The notes under the pieces were generated by a model. It did not search any database, had not been told where the DNA came from, and worked only from the letters and a program-made list of their open reading frames with translations. A stretch of 64,000 nucleotides of DNA from Lama guanicoe (taxonomy: Eukaryota), in contig MU053792.1 in assembly GCA_013239625.1 (NCBI GenBank), positions 948,112-1,012,111 of the forward strand, in the 5' to 3' direction. Position numbers and translations under genes: made by a program. Positions 1 to 15,366 of the stretch are shown one piece after another. How positions within the stretch are numbered: the stretch's first letter is position 1; the number at the start of each line of letters is the position of its first letter.

Positions 1-2299
1 AGTTGAAAGTTCAAACGTTTAGGATTCAGATGCTCATCATTTTTTATCTTTAGGTCTTAGTAACCCAAAATTTTTTAAAATGTGTAAAATTTACAAGACT
101 GTGACGGCACGAGGTTAATTTCTTGCATTCAATAAACAACGTGAGGAAGCTAAACCTGTGCCATGAGGTTTGGACAAGTGCAGCAACTGAGGAAAAAAGT
201 GGTTTACAATAGACACTGGGGGAAGAGAGGGCGGTGTTTTCCTTTGTAATATCAATACTTTCTTTGGCTGAACTCTCTGGAAAGGGAGAGGTGATCCATT
301 TCTATTTCAGTCAAGTCCATTTTCCCCAAATCTTTACTCCTGAAGGTAAACGATGCTTATGACGCATTACCAAACCAAGAAGATATTTCTTACCAGCCTA
401 TGAACGTAACAGTCCTTTTGGAAACGTTTCCATAAAATCCAAATTTATTCGCTGTGGCATCAGACTTACTTATAAACCTTAAAGCAGCTTGACTTACAAT
501 GCTTAATCTTTCTAGGAATAACATGTATCAATCATTCAATATTTTACCTTCTCTGTGTAGAATTTTGTAAATGCACTATACATATACACATGCGTGTCTG
601 TGCATGTATATGTACATCCATATACAGAAAATACAGATTTTTTATTTTCTTCCTTCTACCAAGTATTAATTTCCCCCATAAATACATCTGCCTCCAAAGA
701 GCTTATAACCCAATACGTTTTTAAATAAGTTGCTTTTAATAAACTTAAAACTGTGTAGCCATTAAATTTACTCATTTCTTTCTGAATTTAATCATAACAT
801 TTTAATGTCCAATTTTAAGAATTTTACCAATGGGATAAATTATCTACATTAAGATTCTTTGGAAACAACCAGATATCCACATAGCAAATAACAGTTGTCG
901 ATACTACTGATTTTTATTGTTTTAACTGTTTTCCAAGAGTAATTTTAATGATTATATTTGTGATGTGTAGAAAATCTTAAATCCTCTCTAATAAATAGCT
1001 TGTTCAACAGTTTCACTTTTGCTAAATACAAAGAATCCAAACCAAATTTCCTCAGTAGGAAAATGATACTTTACTAATTTTTAAAAAATCATCTTAATTC
1101 ATTTACACAAACATTTTCATAAGCAAGCTCTAACGTAGGAGCTTTAGATAAGAGATTGATTTCTCTCCTGAAATAGCAGAGCAGATGTAGAACACTGCCC
1201 ATTATGGAAATTGTAGTAATAAAACTCATAATCACTAAGAAGTAATTCATTTCAAATAACTTCTAAGAAATTACTGTCCCACCGAGCACAGTAGTTGATA
1301 ACATGGATGGTACCCAGTCTTCCATTCCTATTCACAATTGGCCACCTGGGGCTCCATAAGGCTGCTTACCAAAGATGGCCCACAAATATCCCTTAGTGAT
1401 TAGTTAGAATTCATTTTTCACTAGATTCAAAAGATTTGGTACTTTCTTTACGTAGTCCCAAAATTTTGTATTAAATCTCCTCAAGTATGCAGTGTTTGAA
1501 GGGCTACTTTTGGACAAACTGTCAGATCAAGGATGGGGCAAAGGAAGAGGCTGGGAGAGTGTGAGAATTTGCTGGTAATTTGGATTTGATGTGAAAGAAA
1601 AGGAAAATGAGACACACTCAAAGGTATTGGGAAGAGCTGAGCAAGTCTGAGAGCTTTTAAGAAAAAGTCCAACTTTTCCCTCCCTTTGTTCTTCAGTCTT
1701 CCTGAGCGTAGTCCTCTTATTTCTCTTAATCTTGCATACACCGCTCATCTGAATCTCAATAATTATACGTGCCCTTGGTTGTGCCAAAAGCCTAGCCAAA
1801 TTTCTAGTCAGCATCTTTGGTAAGCTGAAGTTTTCTCTAGCCTTTGTTGGTTGGTTTGTCAGGAAAACAAAGACCTGATGGATCCCTGCTGCCCAAAAAG
1901 GAAACTGAAAAAAATCAAGGAAGATGCTAAATAAATTTATACTTATATATACATATACTTGTTTCAGAAGAGATGACCTGGCATGTTTAATATTGACTTT
2001 CCTTTTGAAGACCTGAATCAAAAGTTCTAACATAATTACTTTGCTATCATATTACAATTTAGGAAGTACTGATAGACCAGGAAATCTTTCTATTTACTGA
2101 GTGCCTTATATTTATTGAGTCCCAGACACTATGAAGAAATATGGGAAGGTTTTATCTACATTGCTACTCAAGATTTCATATAGGGAATTTCATTCACTAA
2201 AAATACAGAAATTCATTTCATTAATCATATCTCCTCTCTTGTTAAATCATATGACCTCTCGATTAGTTGCCCACATTTTGAAAGATGTAACCATAGCTT

Positions 2300-2527
2300 C
2301 AAAACTGTCCAGGTATTTCAAAATATGGGTTCATTTCCCACTGCTGCTAGTTCTGTGACACTGAACAATTTGCTGAACAGTTCTAAGCTTAAGTTTTCCG
2401 TCTGTACAGTGGGAAATGCCTACCTTAGAATGGCAGTGTGAGAAGTATATAAAAGGGCACAATTAAAGAACTTAGCATTGCACCTGACAGAGAGGAAGCA
2501 CTAAATAAGCAAGAACTAGCATTATTT
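2300..2527 (+). mobile_element. MIR SINE relic
   Basis: Degenerate MIR core (ctgtgacactgaacaatttgctgaac...agttttccgtctgtacagtggg) and MIR-like 3' end (cttagcattgcacctgacagagaggaagcactaaataa). Boundaries approximate. Confidence 0.55.
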
Positions 2528-2599
2528 TTCACTACAACATTTTACTGCCCCCCACTCTCAGTCCTTTACTCTTATTACAAAGAATTTAATCTTAATAAC

Positions 2600-2700
2600 A
2601 AGAGGACAAGGGGCATATTTTATTTATTTTTGTACCGTTAGTTCCTGGCAAGCTGTCTGGCACACAGTGGGTGTTTAAGAAATGTTTGAGTAAATAATAA
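2600..2700 (+). mobile_element. L2 LINE 3'-end relic
   Basis: gtctggcacacagtgggtgtttaagaaatgtttgagtaaataa resembles the L2 3' terminus (cctggcacatagtaggcgctcaataaatatttgttgaatgaatgaa). Confidence 0.5.
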
Positions 2701-4741
2701 AAATGCAGCTCTTAATGAAGCAAATTGTTTATTATATAATGTAGAGGGGATTTTGCAAATTGGATGATAATCCTATCTAGGGAAACTTCTGTACACAAGC
2801 TAATATGGTAATATATATATATTTGAGGGCTAAAATTCATGTGTTCAAATAGTTCAGACCCTTTAGAATGTATCAGTCTTAGTACCAAATGTGAGCCTTA
2901 GCGATGCTCCTTCTGAAAACCTCTCAACTTTGTTAACTAACAGCCGTTTCATTTAGAATGTTATGCATTACTCAAATGTCATTCTTGCTTTTTTATGCAT
3001 ATGCTTCCATATTTTAATTAGCTATTGCCAGAAGAAACGAGAGGAAATGAATGCATTCGTTCTTTTTAACTACTGGCATTCCATGGTATATCTTAGAAAT
3101 TAACAATGTTTTGCAACAACTCACCAAGTTTCAAAATCACTTTTATAATTTGCAAAACACATTATGCTTGGAGAATGTATTCTATAAGCTAACAAATCAT
3201 TTTTATCCACCTAAGGTGACAATTAGCTGCCTTTATATCATAGGTGGAGAATCTTTCTTTACTCAGGTCCAGTGTTAGAATATTCATCAAGTTCAATACA
3301 CTGAGAGACTTCTGGGTCACTTGGCCATGTCTCCTTAAGGCAGGATTTAAGGAAATAATACAAGGACCACTTCTGCACAATTGCCCACAGTGGAGTTATT
3401 TAGGGCATTTCTATGAGAAAATCATGTATCATGTAATTTACAGTTTTATGAAGTTTTTAGAAGTAGTTTTTACGTTTACAAAATACTCAAAAGCAAAATC
3501 AAAGTTAGCATAGAAACTGCCATGTTATGCAAAGTAAATGACCTTCTAATCAAGAGTTTTAAGAGCAATTTCAACTTTCCCAATTACAGTTTTGCTGGGA
3601 GAAAAGAAAAGATTCATTTCAAAATTACTAAATGAATGTTACAGTACAATTTTATAAAATATAAACATGACTTCAGTGGCGTTGTGGTCACTCCTTGTGT
3701 GCCAACGAACAAAAAATCTGAAGTGTGACCAGCAGTTCTGTATGTATTGCATGTTCTCAGGACTTTTAGTTGGTGGCTTTAGGTTTTATTTTAAAATCAA
3801 GTGTTTTTTCGCTAACATGTCTCTACAGTTTAATGGACTTTAAATGTTTTGAATTAGGAGTGTGCATGCGTGTGTGGTGTGTGCATGTGTGCGTGTGTGT
3901 GAACCGAAAACCATTTAGTTATTATTAGCCACCAATAATCGTTTTCATTTTATAAGGATTTTCATAATAATTCTTCATCATATTTTGCCTAACTTGCTTC
4001 TGAAACTAAATGGGACTATCATTTGAAGTGTGTGATTGTCACAATTAGCTTTCATTCGGGATGTATTTTATAATAGAATAAAAACTCATGGGACATAACT
4101 TCATTAAAGCCAAAATATGGACAATTTTAGGAAAGCCAATTTAATGCATATTAGTATATAAAATTTTTTAAACAACTAATTCATTTCTTCTTTGAACATG
4201 TTAACGCCTGCTCTGAAAAAGGCATCTTACTAAATGCTAGAGAGCCAAGAAAAATTATCTAGTTCTCTTCCTAAAGGAAGTCTCAGTTGAGTGTGGCTAA
4301 ACAAGGTGCAGAATATGGAGACCTGTGACCTTGAATGAGTCTTTTATTACATTAAGCAGACTTCTAAACAGTCTTCAGCTTCATAAGATATTTTGGAAAT
4401 AGTCATTTCATTGCTAAAGGTGATAATTTATGATTCTCTAGCCAATTATTAAGGTATATTTTTCTTATCACAGTCACAGTGGTAGGTATATCATAATCAC
4501 TCAATAGAAAAGTATTTTAAAGATTTCACTTTTAGTATCCACTGTAAGGCAAATTAATATACTTCTAAGCATATTTATATATTCATCTGTTTTATTCTTG
4601 ATTTTGTGTGATTCTCACACAAAATCAGTGCGTATGCTACTACTAGACATATGTTTTGTTAAATTCTGAAACTGACAGTTGCATAAAGATTTTTGAATGT
4701 TTTATCATTTCTCCTTTACAGTTCTACTTCTCTCATTATAG

Positions 4742-4966
<225 letters not shown>

Positions 4967-7254
4967 TGAAGACTTTACTTACATAAACTGGAAACGTTTT
5001 GTTTTTTTTTTCACTTGGGCACATATCAGTTTATAACTGTCTATTGCTATTTTGCAAATTTGCAGTTATATTTAAAGAAGTATATGCGACGTTCAAATGT
5101 CTCTCTATTTCATTAATAAGGCGATTCCCAAACAATGAGAGAAACTAACACTTGATAACTACCAAAAGATAAAAATTCAGAATATGATGTTCTATTTAAA
5201 AAAAAACACTAACTTCTGTATCTGTAATGATTATTCCCTGAAGCCTTATTCTGCTATGCCATAGACATGCTGTTTTGAAAACTACAAAACAACTCCACTA
5301 GTAATCTGTTACTTGATAATTATAAGGAGCAAATTTCCTTCAGCAGCACAAAGTTGGACCTGTTTTAGCTAGTTATGTATATCTCTGTTGGTTGTATTTA
5401 CAGGTAAATATCTTTTAAGTAATTGGTGGAGTGATCACTAAACTACTTCAGCATCTGTTATAGTATTCACATGGGAGATTCTTATAACTCTGCTGAACAC
5501 AGTAAATTTAAATTGTATGCAATGTCATCCTTTTTTTTCTACATAGCAAAACACAAAAGCTAGGATTTACTCCATAGGGGGCCTCACGTCATGCCCTTCG
5601 CTTTGAGTTCACCAGATACTGAGTGTACATATTCATAGCCAAGGGCAAATTCAACGTAGGCATTCCTGCCTGATTCAGAACAAGACGGGTCTCTTCAGCC
5701 ACAACTGCAAAGTGTCAAAATCAAGCCAGCAGTTAATCAAATGCTAGCGAAGGTATGATATTTCCAAAGTCTAGAAACTAAACCTAGAGCTCACAGTAAG
5801 CTCCATTCATCAAGTAACCAACAAAAGTCATATCACTTGAAATGTATTCCCATATGAAAATTTCCTATTTCACAAATTTCACCTTCAAAGCACGCTCTTG
5901 ATTAATTCTCACAAGATCCCTTTGAAATAAAAGATTACAAAAAAGTCATCCATCCTCCGAAAAGAATAAAGGTAGAGTGATTTAGAACGTAACTAAAAGT
6001 CTTGACAGGGCTCTCTTCCCGAGCCGGAACTGTAACTCAGTAGTTCCATGATTCTGCGTCCTGCTTTTCAGACCGCGAAGCAGTGAACGTTCACCGCACT
6101 ATTCAGTACAGTAGCTCGAACCTCAGTCGCGAGGGGAACATGTTTGGCATTAAAGAGCGATCAGTTTTATATTCATTTGCAAGAACTACTGACTAGTTAG
6201 GCGCCCTAAATAAGAACAACAAACTTCGCAGTTTTAAAAAGTCAGAAAGTATTTTACCGCAAGGCTCATCAACTGATACTGAGAAAAAGGGTCCCTGAAG
6301 CTTGTGTTCCTTGGTACCATGTTAAACTTTTGATACAATAAGCAGGATCTTAAATGTGAACATTAACTTAGTTGTTAGAACTACAGTAATTCATTTCCTT
6401 CAGAAAGTGCCACTGAGTATTTCGTCCTGAAAACTCATACTTGGCTTAACCAATGAATTATGGACGGGATACCTAACCCGAGTTACCTTCTAGGTTCTCT
6501 GGAGTCCTTACGCATTTGGCAGCCCAGGCTCAGCCCTTTGCAAGGGCTCTGACCAAACTTTATTGGGATAATAATTGTTTAAGTAATCAAAACAAATGGT
6601 ATGAAGAGAGCTGCATAATTAAACAACAAAAAAATTGTATCAATGGTCCATGTGTCACAGGCACAGAAAGTCTCAAAGTCAGGCAGTTCTCAGAGAGACA
6701 CAAGAAAACACATAATCTGCAAGGATTTAAATACCCAGATCTCTGCCACTTGAGTTGTCCACTTTTTTCCCCAGAAGGAATTGTTCCGCTGCTCATTGAC
6801 TTTCTGTGGAACTTTGGTACTTTCTGTTCTGGTGTCTGCAAAGTCTTTACTTGCTCTTCAACTATTTTCCTTTCTCACTGCTAACACACACACAAATCCC
6901 CAGCTTGCAGGGCCCTAATTAAAACTCCATCTATTTTTCTTCTATCCAACAAAGCCAACAAAATGATTAACTTTGAATCCATTTATTTTTTTTAACTTAA
7001 TTCTTTGCTAACTTTGTCACTGTCATTGTTAGGAATAGATTATCTGTGAAACACTCACATATGATCTGAGCATACCAACAGGTGGTGACCCCGAAGCCCA
7101 AAACCTCCTTTACACTCTCGGGTCCTATCTTCTTGTCACATCCGCACACTGGCAAGTTTAATATGTGATCTTCCGTGGCACACTGCTCCAGGGTCTTCTC
7201 CTGGGCCCTGCTGTGCATATGTGTATGTATTTTAATCCAAGCAAGGTCATTCAA

Positions 7255-7415
7255 GGTCACAGGTCTCAAAGCAAGTTCCATGGCCTACCAACACCAGAAT
7301 TACTTGTGGTCTGTGTTAAAATGCTGGTTCATGAGACTCGCTCCAGAGGTCCTCAAGAATCCAAATATTATCAAGCTCTTCTAGGAGATATTTCACACAA
7401 TTTGGGGAATCACTG
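7255..7415. mobile_element. MER5-like hAT-Charlie DNA transposon relic
   Basis: caccagaattacttgtggtctgtgttaaaatgctggttcatgagactcgctccagag...tttggggaatcactg resembles MER5A; boundaries approximate. Confidence 0.45.
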
Positions 7416-7699
7416 AGAGATAATGGAACAAGGCATACGCAACATCTTTGATGTTAGCCGAGAAAACTCAGATGTAATCTTCTGTTCACTGATCTCTTTC
7501 AAATCACAAATTTCAGAACTTCAAACGCGCCCTCACTGAACATTGCTGTCACCACCGTCACCTAATGTTGGCTTCTGTTGCAACTAGTTTTACTGGGGAC
7601 CCCTTTATTTCTCTTCATGTTTCTCTATTTTTAAGGCTTTTACTCTATTTAGTGGTAATTTGTAGTAATAAAAAATTTCAGAAGATACCACACAGAACA

Positions 7700-8840
7700 A
7701 TGTAGGATGTGAAAGGTAGTATTTCAAATCAGTGAAAGAACGCATTATTTATTTACTCCTATTGGGAAAGCAGGACAACTGCTTGGAAAATTAACAATTG
7801 GGTAACATATTATCATGTGATATGCTAGATAAATTATTGAGAGATTATAGGTACTAGGATAAAATATATACGACTGAGATTGATTACATGATATGAAAAG
7901 GAATTTTCTAAGCATGAAACTAAAGGTTGAAAACACAAAAAGATAATTTTATATGACTACAGCAAAATGTTAAAGCATGTCTATTGCAGTAAAGTACCAT
8001 GAACTAAGTTTTGTAAACAAAATGATGACTAGGGAGAATATTTTAAATGTATATGGAAAATAATATTTTTAATATATTCAAAAACACTTATAAATTAGCA
8101 AGTAAAAAGTGAATACCCATATGGAAAATAGGGGCAGTTTATGACATATGATACATAAAAGGAGGAAATTTCAGTGGTTATTTGTTTTACAAAAAAAAAT
8201 AAATCAAATCAATACAATAAGATTTAATTTGCCGTATGGCAAATTGGTGAAGAGTAATGAGAATAAAGGTACATACAGGATATCCAAGGTTCCAAGCTGA
8301 AGGTGCTGTCACACCGTGCTGGTGGCAATAGAAATTTGCACGACCTTTCTGGAGAAAAGTTGGACAAAAGGTGTAATGGGCATTAAAAAGATTGTTACTA
8401 TTTAGACCAGCAATCCCCTTCTAGAAATTTATTTTAAATAATAGAGATACGTGTCTTCAAAGATGTTCCTATCATCCATGTTATAAATTGTGTAAAACTG
8501 GAAACAATACAAATATCCCCCAAAATAATAAATTGAGTAAATTTTGACACTTTTAACATGATAAAATATTTGCAGTCATTAACACTTATTTTTAATACGT
8601 TGAAATAAAATTAGCTCATCATATTTTCTTAAGAAAAGGAATTATAAAATACCCTGTATATATTTTATTTAGTGCTCTGTAGTATCCCATATTAAAATAA
8701 GTAAAATGATATTTGTAAAACAATGTCAAGGAGGGCATATGTAAAGAAAAGTAAGAGTAGGTGAAGGAAATGGATATAACTTTTCCTAATTTTCTGGTTC
8801 TGTTTTTATATACTAATTTTTCTATAGCTACTTCATATAT
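7700..8840 (+). mobile_element. Ancient L1 (L1ME-like) ORF2 3' end / 3' UTR relic
   Basis: Motifs typical of old L1 3' ends: tgctggtggcaatagaaatttgcacgacctttctggag, tttagaccagcaatccccttctagaaatttat, aaaactggaaacaatacaaatatcc; no open frame. Confidence 0.6.
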
Positions 8841-9257
8841 CGCCATATAATAAAAATCATACAGTTAATAATAACAATGAAGGAAACAGTAACCTCTCAG
8901 CAATAATTCTGGCTTTTATATATGTGGGTTTTTATGAAGTGAACCAAGTTTATTCCCACTTAAAGGCACACGCAGTTAATTATCAGTGGATAACTTGCCG
9001 GCCAGAGTACATTGCCCATGCTAACCCTCTAAGTGCCTTTGTATCCAGCTGGTGGCCATCATCTCAAATTAGGGGCCTGAGGACACACACAGGGAATGTA
9101 AGAGTGGCAGCCACTCTGTAAGAACATAAATGTCTGTGTTTCTGATTCCATTTTAATGCCAAATACTTTCCTTCCAAAATAAATAATCAGAAAACCTTTT
9201 TTTCATTTGTAGATTATGTAACCGTTTACAGTTTTTCACCATATTTCATTTGATTTT

Positions 9258-9455
9258 AGAGGTGGCATGATTTAATGGAATAAGCACGAGCTCAAATCAC
9301 AGAGCTGCCATGACGTGTAAAACTCATTTGTGTCTCAGTTTTGTCATCTATAAAACAATGATAAACATAAGATTGTTTATCTGTTTATAAGAATTAAGTG
9401 AGCCGCCATTTAAAATATTTAAGTCAGACACATAATTCCTCAGGAAATGCTTACA
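9258..9455 (+). mobile_element. MIR SINE relic
   Basis: MIR core tgtgtctcagttttgtcatctataaaacaatgataa preceded by ggcatgatttaatggaataagcacgagct. Confidence 0.55.
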
Positions 9456-10291
9456 CGATTTTATAAAGTTTGGTTTATTAGATTATCACAATAGTGCAAT
9501 GAGGTAAACAAGAAAGAAGATACCTTCATTTTAGAAATACTGGAAACGAGCTCAGAAAAGTTGCTCAGAATCACAGAATGAAAATGGAAGCTGGTGTCTT
9601 ATTAATCATAATACATGAGAAATGAATTTACTGTTTTCCAAAACCGTTTTTAGAAACTGAAAGTAGAAAGTCAAAGTATGTGAATAGGTGCCAATTTCCA
9701 GATTTTTGTGTGTGCGCTGAGTTGAAAAATGTTGTCAAACAGCGGGGTTTCCTCTATCTCACAAATATAGACTTTATGATAGGTTTTCTCATCACTGGAA
9801 AAGAGTAAAAAAGAAGAATGTTTGAAATATGCAATTCATAATATCAAGGAATGAATAATGAATCAGTGGCAACATTCTAAATGAAACAAAAAAGACTGCA
9901 ACATAGCAGCAATTCTGGCCAAGAAATTTACAAATTCAGCCACATGGAAAAGCTATCAAATATCCGCCTTTGCACCATCCCAGACCCTTACAGACTAATG
10001 TCGTTATTTAAGCTCAAGTTGTTTTGGCTTGTGTCTACTCTTTCTCTTCTTTTTTTCTAATTACTAGCACCAATAAAAATATTTTGTGCAAAGTGATATA
10101 TAGTATCTTAAGAAAACAAATCCACTGTTCATCTTTGTATTTGTCACTGGCATTATTAACTGTTGGCATTCCAAAAAAAAAAAAATGTAGAATGAATACG
10201 TAACTACTTAGCTTTGAGTGGATCAGTCCAGTTCTAATTGCTTCATAAAATCTATTAACCTATGTGTTTTCACGTGTCTTTTCTCTTATAG

Positions 10292-10702
<411 letters not shown>

Positions 10703-12553
10703 TAAATTTAAACATTGTGCAGAAAGTCTCTCTATATGATTTCCTCCTGGAGGCAGAGCATTGCTTGAAGCACAGAAAAACCTTGCAATCTCCAAATTAA
10801 TCAAAAATATATTCATAGCCAATTTTTCCAAATTAGCACAAAGTGAGGCTACATCATAAAAATGAATTTCCCAATGGAAAAGTAACATATGGAACCCATC
10901 AAAAATCTCAAAAATCACTTTTTATTAATATTCTCTTCAGTGATTTGATGGACAGAAGCTAAATCCAAATTGTTAAGAGTAGGAATTTATTTTCATGTCT
11001 CCTTTTCAAAATCAAATGTTGTTCATTTTTGAAAATTAATTTTGAACTCGATTTACATCCCATGTAGCTTAAGAGAGAGATTTCTGCGATGGAGTTAACT
11101 AAAACCAATGAGTCGACACAGTGTGTACCAGGTACACATTGTTCTATCCAGCAATGCATAAACAGCTAAGCATTAACCAAAAAGTCAGCAATATAAATAC
11201 GATACTGGTTTTCATTATCCTTGGAGTCACGGCTCACTTCTGATGCCATCAAGACACGTTTCAGTTATGTTTGCCAAAAATGCAGCCAATCTCGGGCTGC
11301 AAAAAAAATACCAAATTTCTCTCAGAAAAGGTAGCTGAAGGCAGGAGAAGCTAAGAATTGAATTTAAATAGTGATTTATATTAGTATTGCAAATAAATGT
11401 ATTTTATAAAGAAACATAACTTTTTCTCAAAAAGAGACATTTTAGCTACAATGCAGTTTGCCTGCCTTAAGACCCAAGAATACTGTCAGTGTGTTTAAAT
11501 CCCAATAACACAGGAATTTGAATCAATAACTCTCAATTAATGAAATGAAAAGAAATCAAAGCAAATCAAGCAGTGGTTTTATGGCTTTTAAAACCAGGAT
11601 TAAGCAAATGCTAAGTTAGAAACAGATGCCACTTATAATGGTTAAGAAGGGAGCATTTTAAGCCTAGAAAGGCCGTGGAATATAGGAAAAAAAACGAGGT
11701 TTCTTACGGGAAATTTAAATAATTTGTCTTATCAATTGAGATCAATTATGAATATGCTATGAATTTTGTATTCATTCCATTCTCACTTTTCCTCTCCTCA
11801 CCCACATATCCTTAGTAGCCAGAGAAAGGGTGAAGAGAGAACATTTTTTTGAACTCTAGCATCAGTTTTTAGTGCTGCCACATTGCCCATTGACAAGTCA
11901 CATGCTTTGGTCTTACATGAGCAGTAGCAGAGAGAATATTTTCATACCAGTATCTAAAGATGCTTAAGACATAGCTCATCTTCCACTCAGATAAGAAATG
12001 AAATATCAAACAAACAAAAATGCTCAACTATAGTTACTTTGAGACCAATCCTGGATCTTCATCTGTGCCAGCCCCACTTGGGCATATGTCCCAACCATTC
12101 TGGCGTGGCTCTGATTGAAGGTAAAAACAAGTTTTCTCAGAAAAGCATCTACCAGCTTGTAGCAAATTTGAGAGCTCACCCATTGTTAAGATGTATTGCG
12201 ATTTTATACACCATCAAGAGAGAAACAGTGCTGCCAATTAAACTATGATACTGTGTTTTATCTCATCAAACATGAGCTGCATCTTAATTTCAGAGATGCA
12301 AAATGTAAGAGGGGACTCAATGAATTTAAGTAAGTATTCCTTTTCTGGACCTGAAGGAAAATCTTTAAGTTCCACGTTTCTGCCAATTAAACAATAAAAA
12401 GGAAAACTTTTCTCTATTTCCAGCAGGATTTATACATTCCATATAGCATGAAAGATATCAAGTGTTCCAGAAATATCAGAATAATTCTTGAGTAGACTGT
12501 CAGAAAATAAAAATGATATTTGCAATTATTTTTGAACATACATGGTGAATTGA

Positions 12554-12826
<273 letters not shown>

Positions 12827-15366
12827 TGAGGGGAAACTAACAATGAAATGTTCATAACTTTGAAATTCAGGCAATTTACCAATAAGTGTATGATGGGTTC
12901 TGGCTGTAGCAGGTTTTGCAAACACAGTGGTAACTGTTATGTTTAATGCTAATTATAATCCTACTTGGATTTTATAATCACTTTAATTTGCAAAAGCTAA
13001 TTGATTTATTCACATTGCAAGAGGAGCCCTCCCTAAGGAAAAATAACCAAAAAAAAAGGTAAATACAGCAACTTTATAACATAATTATCCCAAAGAGCCC
13101 ATTGTTGAGAATGCTGTGAAGATACTTCATCTTGCAAGATTGGATTTATTTTATACTTTGGGACTTAGAGCATAAAAATGAAAGCAAAGCTTTTTTTTTC
13201 TTTTTTTAGAGAATACATTTAACTTGAGGTATTTGAATCCCCAAAAACTTAAGGTTTATTATTCTATAATCTATTCTGTAACAATGGATTTCAAGGCAAT
13301 ATGTTTGCTTTCTCACATGATAATGGGAGCAAAAAGTATTACGTTCTAGCACCTTTGTAAGACTTTATATTTCATCTGTGCTGATTTCTCTGCTTTTGCA
13401 GATAAAATTGTTCAAACTGATATAATTGAGTTTCACATATGGATGTGATTCCTTTGACTTGCCATCAGGATGGCAGGTATTTGGGGGGGGGGTTGGTTTT
13501 TTAGCTATTTGCACCACTGTAAGGATGGAGTTTTGATCAGTGAATCTCTTTTACTTTGGTTTTACTGAAGTCCAAAGATACACACTTTGTAAAACTCACT
13601 CAGCTTGGAAATTAAAAACAACAAAATGTGCTGCTCCATAAACCAGCTTTAACTTTCATGCAACTGAATTTCAGTAAGATATTTCTCTTTTTTAAAAAAG
13701 ATTCAATTATGGTATTCTTATATACTGCAGATGTTTATGTAACACTAAATATGGAACAGATACCTCAAAAATTCTGTCAAATCCATCACTGGGCATTGTC
13801 TAAAAACACAAAAAAAAAAACAACAATAAAAAAACAGGACAGAAAGCGCAAGTAGAAGGTGACTCTCTCCTATTGTGGGGAGTACACGTGGCAGGCAGAG
13901 CTGTCAGCCCTTGAGAACTGGCACCTCACGTGTCCCTTTTGCAGCAAGCAGGGCTTTGTGTCTGGCCTTTCTTTGGGGTCAGCGTGGGGTACCCTCTGCA
14001 GGCATGGCCCAGGCTTCCTCTGGCTCTCCCCTACGTGTCACCGTGGGCCCGGCTGCCTCCCTCCCCACCATGGACAGCTGTGCATCGCCTTTCCAGGCTT
14101 TCCTTGCCAGAGGCTCTCCTGCACCCACAAGTGTGACTCATAGACATTTTCTTCTAATAAAATCGTCTTTATCAACAATTGGGAGAATTGCTAATAGATA
14201 TAAAATTTGTAAATTAATTATAAAGTATTTGTAGATTTTTCTAAAACAAAATAATACTCATGACACCAGATTTTATTAGCAGTATTCAATGGAGAAACTT
14301 ATTTAGGCAATTTTTTTAACTTACTGCATACATTCCAGTCTCTAAAACTTAATAATAGCAGTGTACTGCTTTAACACATTTTAGCATAATTTCAGTACCT
14401 TGCTGGACATCTGTAAGTTTCCATCCAAAGGACAGCTGGTAAAATGTAGTGATTTTTGCCTAAAAACAGTTATGTATATGCATCCAAATAGAATACAGAT
14501 TTGTGCTCTCACTTCCATTTTACTGAAAAATGATGACTGATCTTCATGGAAGTAAAACAAATATTTGCAGGTTCATCGTTCTACCTTGAGTGAAAAAGGG
14601 AGAAAGTAATGTCATATTGATTCCTTGAAAACGTTTCAAAAATAGCTCACTGTAATGCTCGGTGGCGTCAATTACATTGAACATGTTATTTCTAATCTTT
14701 ATAGAGTTTTTAAAAATTGCTCAAGCTCTAGAAACTAGTAGATAAGAGAATATATTGATAAGAAATACAGAAATTTCCCTCACATTAAGGGAAGCTGCCT
14801 CTTCAATTTAGGGAGCTTTCCACATGAGCTGTGCCGTCACCATGCCATTTCCTTTCTCTCCCACTCAATTTGTTTTAAAATTGAAAGGTTTTTGTAAGTA
14901 CAGGTATTTATTGTTACAGAATAATTTGAACCCTAATAGGACAAGAAAAACATTTTCCCCAGAAACACACTTCCAAGAATGCATACATTCAGGATCTCTG
15001 ATAAAAATCTCATTCATTTCCTACCCTGTGTTCTCCCTTCTCTCCCATACGTGCTGATCTGGTTTAAATAAACCATTTGTCTAATGGGTTGAGGAAACAG
15101 AATGTGAAGGGCATTTTTGTCCTTGCCAGAAATGTTTTCTCATCAGAACCCAATAATGGCACATCTGCCAACTTCCCTAAACTGCTTCAGGCGGTTACCT
15201 ATACTCAGCACTTCAAAAGATGCTGCAATTCTTCTGCAAAAAGAATTAGGCCATGGAGGGAAATTACATCTAAATTCAACTGTTGCCTTGACTGTGACCC
15301 ATTATAGAACTTGAAATGTTCCATGTTCTATGCACCTTGTTAAGCATAAACATAGAGGTATTTAAA

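Noticed and set aside
1481..2033. Overlapping minus-strand ORFs of 86 and 168 aa
   Set aside because: No recognisable domain or splice context; consistent with chance ORFs in intronic DNA.
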